Notes: generated from the letters alone by a model not told the origin. A DNA stretch of 64,000 nt from Thermoleophilia bacterium (GCA_040776965.1 JAXGZO010000001.1:1062275-1126274), one strand, 5' to 3'. Shown: positions 10,446 through 20,823, counted from the first letter of the stretch. Program-made: numbers and translations.

Positions 10446-13346
10446 ATGACTATCACCGCCTACCAAGCGAAGTATTACGCCCATGAGCTTCAGCGCTCCT
10501 ACGCGAATGACCACGTCGGTAAGCTCGCAGGCCTCCTCTTTGATGCCCAAGTAGAGCCAAAACCGCATCAGATCGATGCGGCTCTCTTTGCGCTGAGAAC
10601 CTCCTACTCCCCAGGAGTAATCCTCGCCGACGAAGTAGGCCTCGGCAAGACCATTGAGGCGGGCATCGTCATCGCTCAGTTTTGGGCAGAGCGCAGGCGC
10701 CGCATTTTGATCATCTCTCCCTCAAGCCTCCGTCAACAATGGCAGCAAGAGTTGCACGAGAAATTCCTGATCCCCAGCAAGCTGCTCAACCCAAAACTCA
10801 AAACCAAACAACTTACGAACACCACTCAGCACGACAATGAAGTGCTGATTTGCTCTTATGAGTTCGCACTTCATCATGATGCCAGCCTGTTACGCCAGTG
10901 GGACTTAATTATTTGCGATGAGGCACACCGCCTTCGCAACCACTACACAGGGCGTAATAAAACACCAGAGGCAATAAGCCGAATCGTCCGTGAGGCACAT
11001 AAGACACTTCTGCTTACGGCTACCCCGCTGCAAAATCGCCTAGAAGAGCTCTACGGCCTCGTCAGCGTATTCGACCCCGACTACTTCTACTCCCTGAAGG
11101 CCTTTCGAGAGCGCTACGTCAAAGCCAAGAACCTTGGCGACAACGGCGATTTGGCCGAGCGCGTGGCCGCTATCAGCAAGCGAACACTGCGCAGAGACGC
11201 GGATAAGTACATCCAGTTCACGAAGCGCCTACCGCTTACTGTGGAGTTTATGCCAAGCCCCGAAGAGATCCGACTCTACGAGAAGGTCAATGACTACCTG
11301 CAACGCGAAAACCTCTTCGCGTTCGCCAGCTCGCAACGTCATCTAATGACGCTGATCATCCGTAAACGCCTCGGCTCATCCACCTACGCAGCCTCAAGCA
11401 CCCTGGAGAGAATCGCAGACCGACTCGAGGCGGAACTTCATACCGGCGTTCGGCGAGATAACCGTGGCGGCCTCACTGCAACCGACTTTATAGATGACGA
11501 GCTCACCGATGAGGAGCTAGAGGGGCTAGAGGAGGACAGTCTTTCCACCTCTGGGCGAGTCCAGCGTGAGCCCAACGCCGGTGAGCGTCTCAGCGGGACA
11601 ACCATTGAGGCCATGCACGCCGAAGTCGCAGAACTCCGCCACTACGCCGACTTAGCTCGCGCTATCACCGTCAATCAAAAGGCTGTAAAGCTCCATGAAG
11701 CCCTCGAGAAGGGCTTTGAGCGCCTGCGCGAGCTGGGTGCACCAGAAAAAGCGATCATCTTCACCGACTCTACAAAGACCCAGGAATACATCGCACGCTC
11801 GCTGAGCGAGTCTGGTCGCGGCGAGGGCCTGGTCTTGTTTAACGGGTCCAACACCTCTCCCCAGTCAGACAAGATCTACAAAAACTGGTTGGAGGCCAAC
11901 AAGGACGGCGACGTTATCACCAACATCCCAGCAGCAGATCGTCGCAAGGCACTTGTTGACTACTTCCGCGACCATGGCAACATCATGATCGCAACTGAAG
12001 CAGCCGCTGAAGGCATCAACCTGCAGTTCTGCTCGATGGTCGTGAACTACGATTTGCCGTGGAACCCGCAACGCGTTGAGCAGCGTATCGGGCGCACCCA
12101 CCGTTTCGGCCAGAAGTACGACGTGGTAGTCGTAAACTTCTCCAACAAAGGCAATGTGGCAGAGGCCCGCATCCTCGAGCTGCTGGCTAGCAAGTTTCAT
12201 TTGTTCGAATCCGTCTTCGATGCCAGCGACGAAGTACTCGGCGCCATCGAAGACGGGTTCGACTTCGAGAAGACCATTAATGACATCCTCAGCAACTCTC
12301 GTACCGACGCCGACATCGAACGCGCATTCAAGGAGCTTGAAGAGCAGTACGCTACTGAGATCAGCGCGGAGATGGCCGCCACTAAAGCCAAGGTATTTGA
12401 CGCCCTTGACCCAAACGTACAAGACCGCCTAAAAACCTATGACTCACAGTCCGGCGAGGTGCTCAACAAGTTCGAGCGCTTGCTCCTAGCTATCACCAAG
12501 TTCCAACTCGGTCCCTATGCAAGCTTTGAGGAGGATGGCCGTCGCTTCCTGCTGAACCAGGCACCGGTCAAAAACGTCAAGACGGGCCGCTACTACTTTA
12601 AGTCTGAGCCGCTTAAAAACGCTCACCAGTACCGCTTCGACAGCGACCTCGCCCGCTATGTCGTGGAGTCGTCTAAAGCGGCTACCACACCGAGCAGAGA
12701 GCTCACTTTCAGCCTCGGCAGCTCCGATCGCGTCGGCGCTACAGTGAGGGCGCTTGCGGGCAAATCGGGTGAGCTAACGGTCAAAATCGTCACCTTCTCA
12801 ATGAGAGCGAAAAGCGACGATCTGAGTGAGTCCTATGTGCTAGCCACCGGCCTGAGCGACGATGGTGAGCGGCTGGACCACGAACATATCGCCAACCTCC
12901 TCGACTTGGCCTGCATTACCGAGGGCCCAGAGGTAGTTATTGACGACTCCAAATTCGAGCAGTATCTGAGCGAGCGCTGCGACTACCTGCAAAAAGAAGT
13001 ACAAAGCCGCAACTCTCACTACTACGATCAACAAGAGGAGCTACTCTACCGCAACCAGGAAGACCGCCGAGCTGAATCCGAGGCCAAGATTCGCGAGTAT
13101 AAGGCAAAAGAAAAGGAAGCGCGAAGGGCCGCGAAGTGCGCCGACGACCCGATAGAGCAGCTAAAGTACAAGAAGGAAGCTCGTCGCTGGTCAGATCGTG
13201 CAGAAGAAGAAGACGAAGAAGCGCGGGCGGCCCGCAAGAAGATGCGCAAAGAAGCAGACCACTACCTCGAGCTGATCGAGCAAGCCCTCAAGGGGACGCA
13301 ACGGATCGAGCATTTGTTCACCATCCGCTGGAAGGTAGTCGCCTGA
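10446..13346 (+). CDS. SNF2/RAD54-family DEAD-like helicase (966 aa), first gene of a putative three-gene restriction-modification-like operon
   Basis: Walker A ADEVGLGKTIEAG, DEAH box IICDEAHRLRN, and a helicase-C block EGINLQFCSMVVNYDLPWNPQRVEQRIGRTHRFGQ. The C-terminus is a Lys/Glu/Arg-rich coiled-coil tail. It ends 19 nt before the methyltransferase gene. Confidence 0.85.
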   Translation: MTITAYQAKYYAHELQRSYANDHVGKLAGLLFDAQVEPKPHQIDAALFALRTSYSPGVILADEVGLGKTIEAGIVIAQFWAERRRRILIISPSSLRQQWQQELHEKFLIPSKLLNPKLKTKQLTNTTQHDNEVLICSYEFALHHDASLLRQWDLIICDEAHRLRNHYTGRNKTPEAISRIVREAHKTLLLTATPLQNRLEELYGLVSVFDPDYFYSLKAFRERYVKAKNLGDNGDLAERVAAISKRTLRRDADKYIQFTKRLPLTVEFMPSPEEIRLYEKVNDYLQRENLFAFASSQRHLMTLIIRKRLGSSTYAASSTLERIADRLEAELHTGVRRDNRGGLTATDFIDDELTDEELEGLEEDSLSTSGRVQREPNAGERLSGTTIEAMHAEVAELRHYADLARAITVNQKAVKLHEALEKGFERLRELGAPEKAIIFTDSTKTQEYIARSLSESGRGEGLVLFNGSNTSPQSDKIYKNWLEANKDGDVITNIPAADRRKALVDYFRDHGNIMIATEAAAEGINLQFCSMVVNYDLPWNPQRVEQRIGRTHRFGQKYDVVVVNFSNKGNVAEARILELLASKFHLFESVFDASDEVLGAIEDGFDFEKTINDILSNSRTDADIERAFKELEEQYATEISAEMAATKAKVFDALDPNVQDRLKTYDSQSGEVLNKFERLLLAITKFQLGPYASFEEDGRRFLLNQAPVKNVKTGRYYFKSEPLKNAHQYRFDSDLARYVVESSKAATTPSRELTFSLGSSDRVGATVRALAGKSGELTVKIVTFSMRAKSDDLSESYVLATGLSDDGERLDHEHIANLLDLACITEGPEVVIDDSKFEQYLSERCDYLQKEVQSRNSHYYDQQEELLYRNQEDRRAESEAKIREYKAKEKEARRAAKCADDPIEQLKYKKEARRWSDRAEEEDEEARAARKKMRKEADHYLELIEQALKGTQRIEHLFTIRWKVVA

Positions 13347-13365
13347 TTACGAGAGGAAGCATTCA

Positions 13366-15234
13366 ATGAGCGATGACGATTCCTTGCAAGATATCAACGA
13401 AACCCCGAGTAGCACACCGAACTTTAAAACCGAGCTGGCTGCACAACTCGCAGAGCTTATCCCCGAGGCCATTACCGATGGCAAAATCGACGTTGAAAAG
13501 CTTAAGGAACTCCTCGGCGACGATGCGGATGACGAGCGCGAACGCTTCGGTTTATTCTGGCCCGGCAAGAAGCGCGCCTTGCGCGCCGCACAGGAGCCGA
13601 CCACCGCAACGCTAAGGCCCGACTTCGAAAACTCGAAAGACTGGGATACCACCAAAAACGTCTTCATCGAGGGCGACAACCTCGAGGTACTCAAAATCTT
13701 GCAGAAGCACTATCACGGCAAGATTAAGATGATCTATATAGACCCTCCTTACAACACCGGCAGGGACTTCGTCTATGCCGATAATTACAGAGATGGGCTG
13801 AAGACTTATCTTGAGTGGACCCGCCAAGTAAACGAAGATGGTAGGAAAGTTAGCACCAATTCGGAATCGGAAGGTCGCTACCACTCAAACTGGTTAAATA
13901 TGATGTATCCGCGACTTAAGCTCGCGAGGAATTTGCTTACAGATGATGGTGTTATATTTATTTCTATTGATGATAATGAAATTGCAAATCTTCGTAGGAT
14001 TTGCGGTGAAGTATTTGGTGAATCGAACTTTATCGGACAGTTCGTTTGGGTGACAAAAAACGCAGCACGAGGTGTTCCTCCTCGGACGATGTTGATGTCG
14101 AATCATGAATATATAATCACATATGCACGAAACGCTGAGAAACTAAAATTCAAAGGCATAGAAAGAGATGCGGGCGATTTCTCCAATCCTGACAACGATC
14201 CACGAGGGCTATGGCGCTCAGAGAGCATGAAGGCCACTGGTGATCAGAATAATTACTTTACAATTAGTGATCCTTCTAGTAATCGAACTTTCCACGCGAA
14301 TTGGGCGTTTTCAGAGTCGAGAATTGAAAAGATGATCAATGATCGACTTATAATATTTCCAGAAGAAGAGAGCGGAACTCCCCGTCAGAAGAAATTTATT
14401 GATAGCTATTTAAACGAGAGGAAAGCCTTTGTAACAAATCTTGGATGGTATTCAACAGAAAATGAAACTAAATCTCTGATGTCGCTCTTTGGCAATAAAA
14501 AAGTATTTGACTTCCCGAAACCTCTAGCGCTGCTGACTTTTCTTCTTAATCAGTCGACATCAGATGGTATTATTCTTGACTTCTTCGCTGGATCCGGGTC
14601 GATAGCGCATGCAGTGCTTGAGCAAAACTCGAAGGACAATGGAAAGCGGCAATACATTTTAGTTCAGCTGCCGGAACCAGTAAGTAAAGAGTCAACTGCG
14701 TATAGGGAGGGTTTTCGTACAATTACTGCAATCAGCCGACAGCGAATTAATGCCGCGAGAGAGCGTATCAACAGCGTCAGGGGGGGTCAGCTCGAACTTG
14801 ATAGTTCTCAATTAGATACTGGTTTCCGCTCGTACCGGCTAACCGACACCAACTTCACCAAATGGCGCGCCACCAGCGAAACGGATGCATCCACACTGGA
14901 GCAGCACCTCCTAGGCCTGCGCGACAGCGCTGACGACACCGCAACCCCAGATGCCCTCCTGACCGAGATCCTCCTCAAGCAAGGCTACTCGCTCACCGAG
15001 CAGATAGGCGACACTGAGATCTCTGGCCTTAAACTCAAGACGGTAGGCGAAGGCTTGCTTCTCGCCTATCTCGACGAGCACACTAAGCCAACTCTCGAGC
15101 AGCTGCGCGCGATAGTCGCCGAGAAACCCGCCCGTCTCATCATCCTCGAGGACGCCCTCGACGGCGATGATGAGCTCAAGACGAATCTGGTTCAGGAGTG
15201 TAAGTCACGCGGCGTAGAGCTCTGGACGGCTTGA
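13366..15234 (+). CDS. N6-adenine DNA methyltransferase, Type III Mod-like (beta class)
   Basis: Motif IV IYIDPPYNTGRDFVY comes before motif I ILDFFAGSGSIAHA; this is beta-class order with a central TRD-like region. It is adjacent to, and translationally coupled with, the Res-like gene (TGAtATG). Confidence 0.85.
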   Translation: MSDDDSLQDINETPSSTPNFKTELAAQLAELIPEAITDGKIDVEKLKELLGDDADDERERFGLFWPGKKRALRAAQEPTTATLRPDFENSKDWDTTKNVFIEGDNLEVLKILQKHYHGKIKMIYIDPPYNTGRDFVYADNYRDGLKTYLEWTRQVNEDGRKVSTNSESEGRYHSNWLNMMYPRLKLARNLLTDDGVIFISIDDNEIANLRRICGEVFGESNFIGQFVWVTKNAARGVPPRTMLMSNHEYIITYARNAEKLKFKGIERDAGDFSNPDNDPRGLWRSESMKATGDQNNYFTISDPSSNRTFHANWAFSESRIEKMINDRLIIFPEEESGTPRQKKFIDSYLNERKAFVTNLGWYSTENETKSLMSLFGNKKVFDFPKPLALLTFLLNQSTSDGIILDFFAGSGSIAHAVLEQNSKDNGKRQYILVQLPEPVSKESTAYREGFRTITAISRQRINAARERINSVRGGQLELDSSQLDTGFRSYRLTDTNFTKWRATSETDASTLEQHLLGLRDSADDTATPDALLTEILLKQGYSLTEQIGDTEISGLKLKTVGEGLLLAYLDEHTKPTLEQLRAIVAEKPARLIILEDALDGDDELKTNLVQECKSRGVELWTA

Positions 15235-15235
15235 T

Positions 15236-18214
15236 ATGGAATTTAAGTTCGATGCTCACCAGCAGTACCAGCAGGACGCGATCGCGGCTGTAGTCGATCT
15301 CTTTGCGGGTCAGCTCGCCGATGCCGCCTCGCTGACGACCATGCTTCGCGGCGTCATACCCGACTCGGGCGATCAAATGAGCGCCTTCGAGATAGCCAGT
15401 GAGGTCGGCGCGGTCGGCAATAATTTACTCCTCGACGACGAGGCCATACTGCAGAATCTGCAAGCCGTGCAAGACCGCAACGGCCTCGAGGTGGTCGATG
15501 AGCTGGCTGGAGGAGCGCTGGACTTCGACATTGAGATGGAGACCGGCACCGGCAAGACGTACGTCTATCTGCGCACCATCTTCGAGCTGGCCAAGAGCTA
15601 CCGCTTCACCAAGTTCATTATCCTCGTGCCGAGCGTCGCCATCCGCGAGGGCGTGACCACGAGCATCAAGCTGATGACCGAGCACCTCAACGACCTCTAC
15701 GCCACGCCCTTCGACTCGTTCGTCTACAGCGGCAGCACACCAGAGGAGGTTCAGTCCTTCGCCACGTCCACGAGCGTCCAGATCATGGTGATGACTATCG
15801 GCTCATTGCGCGGAGACAATAATACTCGCGTTATTCACCAAACCCGTGACAAGCTCAACGGGCTACGCCCTATCGACTACCTGAAGGCCACGCAGCCCGT
15901 GGTCATTATGGACGAGCCGCAAAATATGGAGTCGCTGCTGAGCAAGTCCGCGGTAGGCGAGCTGAACCCCCTGTGCACACTGCGCTACTCAGCCACACAC
16001 CGCAAAACCCGCAATGTCGTGTACCGGCTCGACCCGGTCGACGCTCACGACCTGGGATTAGTTAAGCAGATCGTAGTGGCCGAAGCCCTGCAGCAAGGTA
16101 CCGATGCCGCACCGTACCTAAAGCTTCAATCCGTCCGTAGCGATAAGGGCTTTCTCGCCCGTATGGAGCTAGCTATGCGCTCTCAACGAGACGGCGTGAT
16201 TCAACGCAAGACGGTGAGCGTTAAAAAGGGTCAAGACCTCGCCGTCCTCACGGGCAACTCCGCCTACAATGGCTGGTGGCTCAACGAGCTGAGCATCGAT
16301 CCTGAATCGGTCGAGCTCTTCCCCTACGGATGGCTTCAGGTCGGCGAGACTATCGGCGGCTCTAGCGATTCCATCTACCGCGAGATGATCCGCGAGACCA
16401 TTCGCGAGCACCTTCGCAAGGAGGCAATGCTCCGAGCGCACGGCGTTAAAGTGCTCAGTCTATTTTTCGTCGATAAAGTCGCACGTTTCCTCGGCGAGGG
16501 CTACAACAACGACACCGCTAACGGCGACTTCGTAACATGGTTCGACGAGCTCTTCGAAGAGGAGCGAGCCAGAGACCAGCGATGGGTAGCCTCCCTGCCG
16601 CTCGATCCGATCGAGTACCGCCGCGCCTACTTCTCGGCAATCAAAGGTACAAAAGGGCGACGCGACACCTTTAAAGACACCAACGGCACCTCTAAAGTCG
16701 ATGATGGCGCCTACGACCTCATCATGCGCGACAAAGCGCGGCTACTGGATGAGAGCGAGCCGGTGCGATTTATCTTCAGCCACTCGGCGCTCCGCGAGGG
16801 CTGGGACAACCCCAACGTCTTTCAAATCTGTGCCCTGCGGGAGATGGGCGAGCCCACAGAACGCCGTCAGACTATCGGGCGCGGGTTACGCCTACCGGTT
16901 AACCAGTCCGGCGAGCGAGTGCCCAACAAGAGCATCGCTCAACTCACCGTCGTGGCCAATGAGTCCTACCGCGAGTTCGCGAGCAGCCTGCAGAGGGAGT
17001 ACCGCGATTCCGGCGTCAGCATCGGCGTAGTGCGTCCCGGTGAGTTCGCCAAGGTCCCCACCACCGATGATGCCACCGGCGAGGAGCGGCGCCTGGGCTT
17101 CCAGGGCTCTCAGTTGATATGGGGTGAGCTGGTTGAGCGTGGCTTTCTCGACAAAGAGGGCAACCTCACCGCCAGCTTTCGCCCCGAGACCCTCGGCTTC
17201 ACACTCGGCCCAGCGCCGAACTTCTTTTGGCCGCAAAACGAGATCATCCACGTTATGCGGAACTCTCGTATCGAACGCATGGTCAAGACTCAGCGCGAGC
17301 GCGTAACCCGCAAGCTGAACAAAGAGGTCTACACATCGCCGTGGTTCGAGGACTTCTGGCGCACGATCTCACGGAGGACCACCTATCGCGTCGCCCTTAA
17401 GCGCGACGAGATCATTCATAACGCTGTCGCCAAAATTAAGGCCGAACAGCCTATCCCGCCCCTACGAGTCCAGGTCACTCGCGCGGGCGTCAAACTAATG
17501 CGTGGCGGTACCAAAACCTCTGAGACAGTCACCCGCTCGGCCGAATTGTCGGGCACCTACCAGCTGCCCGACATCATTAGCGAGCTGCAAGAAGCCACCT
17601 CACTCACCCGCAAAACGCTGGTGGATGTATTGACTCGCTCGGGCAAGCTTGATGAGTTCATCGGTAACCCCAATGACTTCATCGCGATGGTTAAACGCAA
17701 CCTACAAAACGTGGTGGCCACTGCTGTTCAGGAGGGCATCCAGTACGAGAGAATCGACGGCTACATCTATGAACTGCGCGAGCTACAGGCTGATGGAGCT
17801 GAGGCGCGAGACCTCTTCCTCGACCGCGTCTATAAGGTCGAGCACACCGACAAGACGGACTTCGACTATATCCAAATCGACTCGGAGGGGGCGAACGCAC
17901 CGGAGCGTCAGTTCGCTGAGAAGCTCGACTCGCGTGAGGACGTAAAGTTCTTCATGAAGCTGCCCGACAAGTTCAAGATCGAGACACCCGTGGGCCCCTA
18001 CAACCCCGACTGGGCGATTATCAAGCAGGATGAGAGCGGCGAGGATCGCATCTACCTGATCCGCGAGACCAAGAGCACGCTGGACGAGTCCCAACGCCGC
18101 CCAAGCGAGAACGCCAAGATCAAAGCCGCAGAGGAGCACTTCAAACAGCTAGGCATCGGCACCGAAGCTATCCCTGGCTACGCTGTTAGTGTGCCCGGCA
18201 ATTGGAGATTGTGA
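15236..18214 (+). CDS. Type III restriction endonuclease Res-like subunit (N-terminal SF2 helicase, C-terminal PD-(D/E)xK nuclease)
   Basis: 992 aa. Walker A METGTGKTYV, motif II VIMDEPQN, and a C-terminal nuclease motif PYNPDWAII...IYLIRETK. The start overlaps the mod stop. Confidence 0.8.
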   Translation: MEFKFDAHQQYQQDAIAAVVDLFAGQLADAASLTTMLRGVIPDSGDQMSAFEIASEVGAVGNNLLLDDEAILQNLQAVQDRNGLEVVDELAGGALDFDIEMETGTGKTYVYLRTIFELAKSYRFTKFIILVPSVAIREGVTTSIKLMTEHLNDLYATPFDSFVYSGSTPEEVQSFATSTSVQIMVMTIGSLRGDNNTRVIHQTRDKLNGLRPIDYLKATQPVVIMDEPQNMESLLSKSAVGELNPLCTLRYSATHRKTRNVVYRLDPVDAHDLGLVKQIVVAEALQQGTDAAPYLKLQSVRSDKGFLARMELAMRSQRDGVIQRKTVSVKKGQDLAVLTGNSAYNGWWLNELSIDPESVELFPYGWLQVGETIGGSSDSIYREMIRETIREHLRKEAMLRAHGVKVLSLFFVDKVARFLGEGYNNDTANGDFVTWFDELFEEERARDQRWVASLPLDPIEYRRAYFSAIKGTKGRRDTFKDTNGTSKVDDGAYDLIMRDKARLLDESEPVRFIFSHSALREGWDNPNVFQICALREMGEPTERRQTIGRGLRLPVNQSGERVPNKSIAQLTVVANESYREFASSLQREYRDSGVSIGVVRPGEFAKVPTTDDATGEERRLGFQGSQLIWGELVERGFLDKEGNLTASFRPETLGFTLGPAPNFFWPQNEIIHVMRNSRIERMVKTQRERVTRKLNKEVYTSPWFEDFWRTISRRTTYRVALKRDEIIHNAVAKIKAEQPIPPLRVQVTRAGVKLMRGGTKTSETVTRSAELSGTYQLPDIISELQEATSLTRKTLVDVLTRSGKLDEFIGNPNDFIAMVKRNLQNVVATAVQEGIQYERIDGYIYELRELQADGAEARDLFLDRVYKVEHTDKTDFDYIQIDSEGANAPERQFAEKLDSREDVKFFMKLPDKFKIETPVGPYNPDWAIIKQDESGEDRIYLIRETKSTLDESQRRPSENAKIKAAEEHFKQLGIGTEAIPGYAVSVPGNWRL

Positions 18215-18396
18215 TTGTTTACGGGATGAATAGTAGCAGCGAGTAAGATCTCCTTGAGAGCTCATGCTGAAATACAGAGCTGGATAAGCACTGACGGAAA
18301 TTTCAGATGAGTTAAAACTAGCGATCTGATTAATCAATTCTTTGTAATCTAATTTGAAAAGATTGATATCCAGCAGGAGTATACTTTCAAAACACT

Positions 18397-20697
18397 ATGC
18401 TACAAAATGACTGGCAGATCCATCATCTTGAAAAAATTGTAAACATAGCGAGCAATCGCTATGACAGCGCGCTGAACGTTGATCTAAGTTATAAAACAGT
18501 TTTTTCAGCATTAGGCAGAACAAGTGAGTTTCAAAAAAAACTCCTAGCGATGAGTAATCGGCTTAGAACTGTACTTGATGAAGTGTCGAAATATAATAAG
18601 TCTACTGAAATTGAACGCCTCATTAACGCCTCAAAATCTGTTGCACTCGGAATACGACGGGTGTCGGATAGCGCTGCTGATACCACTCTAGATTACTCAC
18701 AAATTATCAATGATGCCAGATCTGGAATCAATTTAGCTGAGATGATCAGAAAGTCACGAAACGATCAATGTTGTAAAAAGAAATCAATATATCCATTAGA
18801 TTTTTCGCTCGATAATGTGAAGCAGGTAGCAGATTTACTCGCCGAAGCTCTGAATCTATGTGATGGGAAAGAAGCTAAAGCAGCAAACGAACAGATGCTG
18901 CTTCTGACGGGGTCGGCTGGAGCAGGTAAAACTCACATGCTGGTAGATCTAGCACTCAAACGCAATGTTGAAAAACTCACTTCAATCGTTCTCTTTGGGG
19001 ATCAATTCAGCGCACTAAAAGATATATGGCAATTTACAACAAAACTGGGCACCAAAAATAGATACTCTCTCATTGAAGTTCTTGATAAGCTGGAAACAAT
19101 TGGGAGATCATCAAAAGCACGAACAATGCTTCTTATTGATGGGATAAATGAAACTTCACCATGCAGGATCTGGCAAAATGGACTTGAGTCGCTAAAGGCA
19201 AAACTACTCGATCGACCAAACGTTTGTGTAGTTATTTCTATACGAAATGGATTTCAAGATTTAGTAGCGACCCAGAGAACCATCAATGAAACCATGACGG
19301 TTGAACATTATGGGTTTGGCAAAGATATATGGAAAGCTGTTCAGCTATTTTTTGGACACTACCGAGTACAATGGCCAGAAATTCCACTTCTTGGGCCAGA
19401 GTTCTCAAATCCACTGTTTTTAAAACTATTCTCAGAGGCATTTTCAGGTAAAACACCAAGAAGCTTCCGTGGGCACGAGGGTGGGACCCACATATTTGAG
19501 GCCTATGTAAAGAAGGCCGATCAAAAGATCAATAAGGATCTTGGGATCTCTGGAAGAGCTCATATCAACTGCTGGAATGATCTCATTAAACCCATTGCAG
19601 TCTGGATGGGAGAGAATAAAGTCCAAGAAATTCCAGCCGATAAGGCAGTTGATATCGCAGAAACAGCCTACCCCGGTTTGGGAGATCAAGCACTCACCTT
19701 AATGGAGCGTCATGCCCTCATCACGAAGTCTGCTCGAGTAGATAAGTTGAGTGGAAATCATGACTATTTCTATCGCTTTTCGTACCAGAAATTCAGTGAT
19801 CATTTAATAGTCCGCTTCCTACTCAACAGCCACCTTGACTCCAAATCTTCAGTGTCCGAAAAGAAATTCCTTTCAGAGATTTCGCTGGAACAAATCGTAA
19901 GACCAGATGAGAGGCTAGGACTACTAGAGGCGCTTTCTGCGCAAATACCAGAACGCAAAAATGGGATTTGCGAACTGATTGACTATATCTCAGAAGATAT
20001 GGTGCGATACGAAAAGGTAATCGACGCATTTCTCGATAGCTTAGTCTGGCGAAAGCCAGAGGCGATCGGTAAGAGTGCAATTAACTACATAAATAATGTT
20101 GTTCTCAAAAATGAACGATGCACACATAATTTCTACGAGGTTCTTCTCTCCGTCGCAAGTATACCGAATTATAAACTCAATGCACGAACATTGCACAAAT
20201 TACTGGAGGAATCATCACTTACCGATAGAGATCAGATATGGACGATGTGGCTTAATCATAACTATAGAGATGAAGGAAATGCTGTTGACCGCCTTGTTTC
20301 CTGGGCTCGAAGAGCACCAGGTCGCGATAAGGTAAATCCAGAAAGTGCGCTATTAACCGCGATAGCGATATCTTGGTTTTTCACTTCATCAAATCGTTTT
20401 CTAAGAGACGATGCGACAAAAGCTGTCATCGCACTGCTTGAGCATCATCCTGGCGTAGTGGCTGATCTAATTCGTATGTTTGAGACGGTAAACGACCCAT
20501 ATGTGCTTGAGCGCGTACTGTGCTCCGCTTATGGAGCCTTAGCTCGAAATCCCCAGGTTGATGCTCTTAAAGATGCTTCTATTACTTTACTGGATGGGTT
20601 TTTCAAAAGAAACGACTGCACTCATCTTCTGAGTCGCGACTACGCGCGTGGAATCGTCGAGCTGGCGATGAAAACTGGAGTTCTTAATGGAGGATGA
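18397..20697 (+). CDS. P-loop NTPase, STAND-like (766 aa). Upstream part of a 1311-codon frame interrupted by a TGA at 20695-20697
   Basis: Walker A LLLTGSAGAGKTHMLVDL at about residue 165 and Walker B-like TMLLIDGINETS. A long alpha-helical C-terminal region follows. The AT-rich composition is unlike the host. Confidence 0.6.
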   Translation: MLQNDWQIHHLEKIVNIASNRYDSALNVDLSYKTVFSALGRTSEFQKKLLAMSNRLRTVLDEVSKYNKSTEIERLINASKSVALGIRRVSDSAADTTLDYSQIINDARSGINLAEMIRKSRNDQCCKKKSIYPLDFSLDNVKQVADLLAEALNLCDGKEAKAANEQMLLLTGSAGAGKTHMLVDLALKRNVEKLTSIVLFGDQFSALKDIWQFTTKLGTKNRYSLIEVLDKLETIGRSSKARTMLLIDGINETSPCRIWQNGLESLKAKLLDRPNVCVVISIRNGFQDLVATQRTINETMTVEHYGFGKDIWKAVQLFFGHYRVQWPEIPLLGPEFSNPLFLKLFSEAFSGKTPRSFRGHEGGTHIFEAYVKKADQKINKDLGISGRAHINCWNDLIKPIAVWMGENKVQEIPADKAVDIAETAYPGLGDQALTLMERHALITKSARVDKLSGNHDYFYRFSYQKFSDHLIVRFLLNSHLDSKSSVSEKKFLSEISLEQIVRPDERLGLLEALSAQIPERKNGICELIDYISEDMVRYEKVIDAFLDSLVWRKPEAIGKSAINYINNVVLKNERCTHNFYEVLLSVASIPNYKLNARTLHKLLEESSLTDRDQIWTMWLNHNYRDEGNAVDRLVSWARRAPGRDKVNPESALLTAIAISWFFTSSNRFLRDDATKAVIALLEHHPGVVADLIRMFETVNDPYVLERVLCSAYGALARNPQVDALKDASITLLDGFFKRNDCTHLLSRDYARGIVELAMKTGVLNGG

Positions 20698-20823
20698 GCG
20701 GAATCAGCGAAACCTCCGTACGGTTCCCCTTTTCCGAAAAATGTACCCAGCAAAGATGAGATTAAAAAAAAATACGCAGATAATAAAGATCCCGTAAGCA
20801 ACTACAAATCGATATGGTATTCG

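Noticed and set aside
10446-18214. Calling the SNF2-Mod-Res triplet a bona fide class 1 DISARM system.
   Set aside because: The DISARM core components DrmA (DUF1998 helicase), DrmB and DrmC (PLD nuclease) are absent. The third gene has a clear Type III Res architecture with a PD-(D/E)xK C-terminus. Only the SNF2 and MTase components are DISARM-like.
20695-20697. The idea that the in-frame TGA reflects an alternative genetic code (TGA=Trp/Gly donor) or selenocysteine.
   Set aside because: There is only one TGA in 1311 codons, whereas organisms with a reassigned code use TGA frequently. No convincing SECIS-like hairpin follows; the sequence is just ccgtacgg, a minimal palindrome. A nonsense mutation or read-through is more parsimonious.
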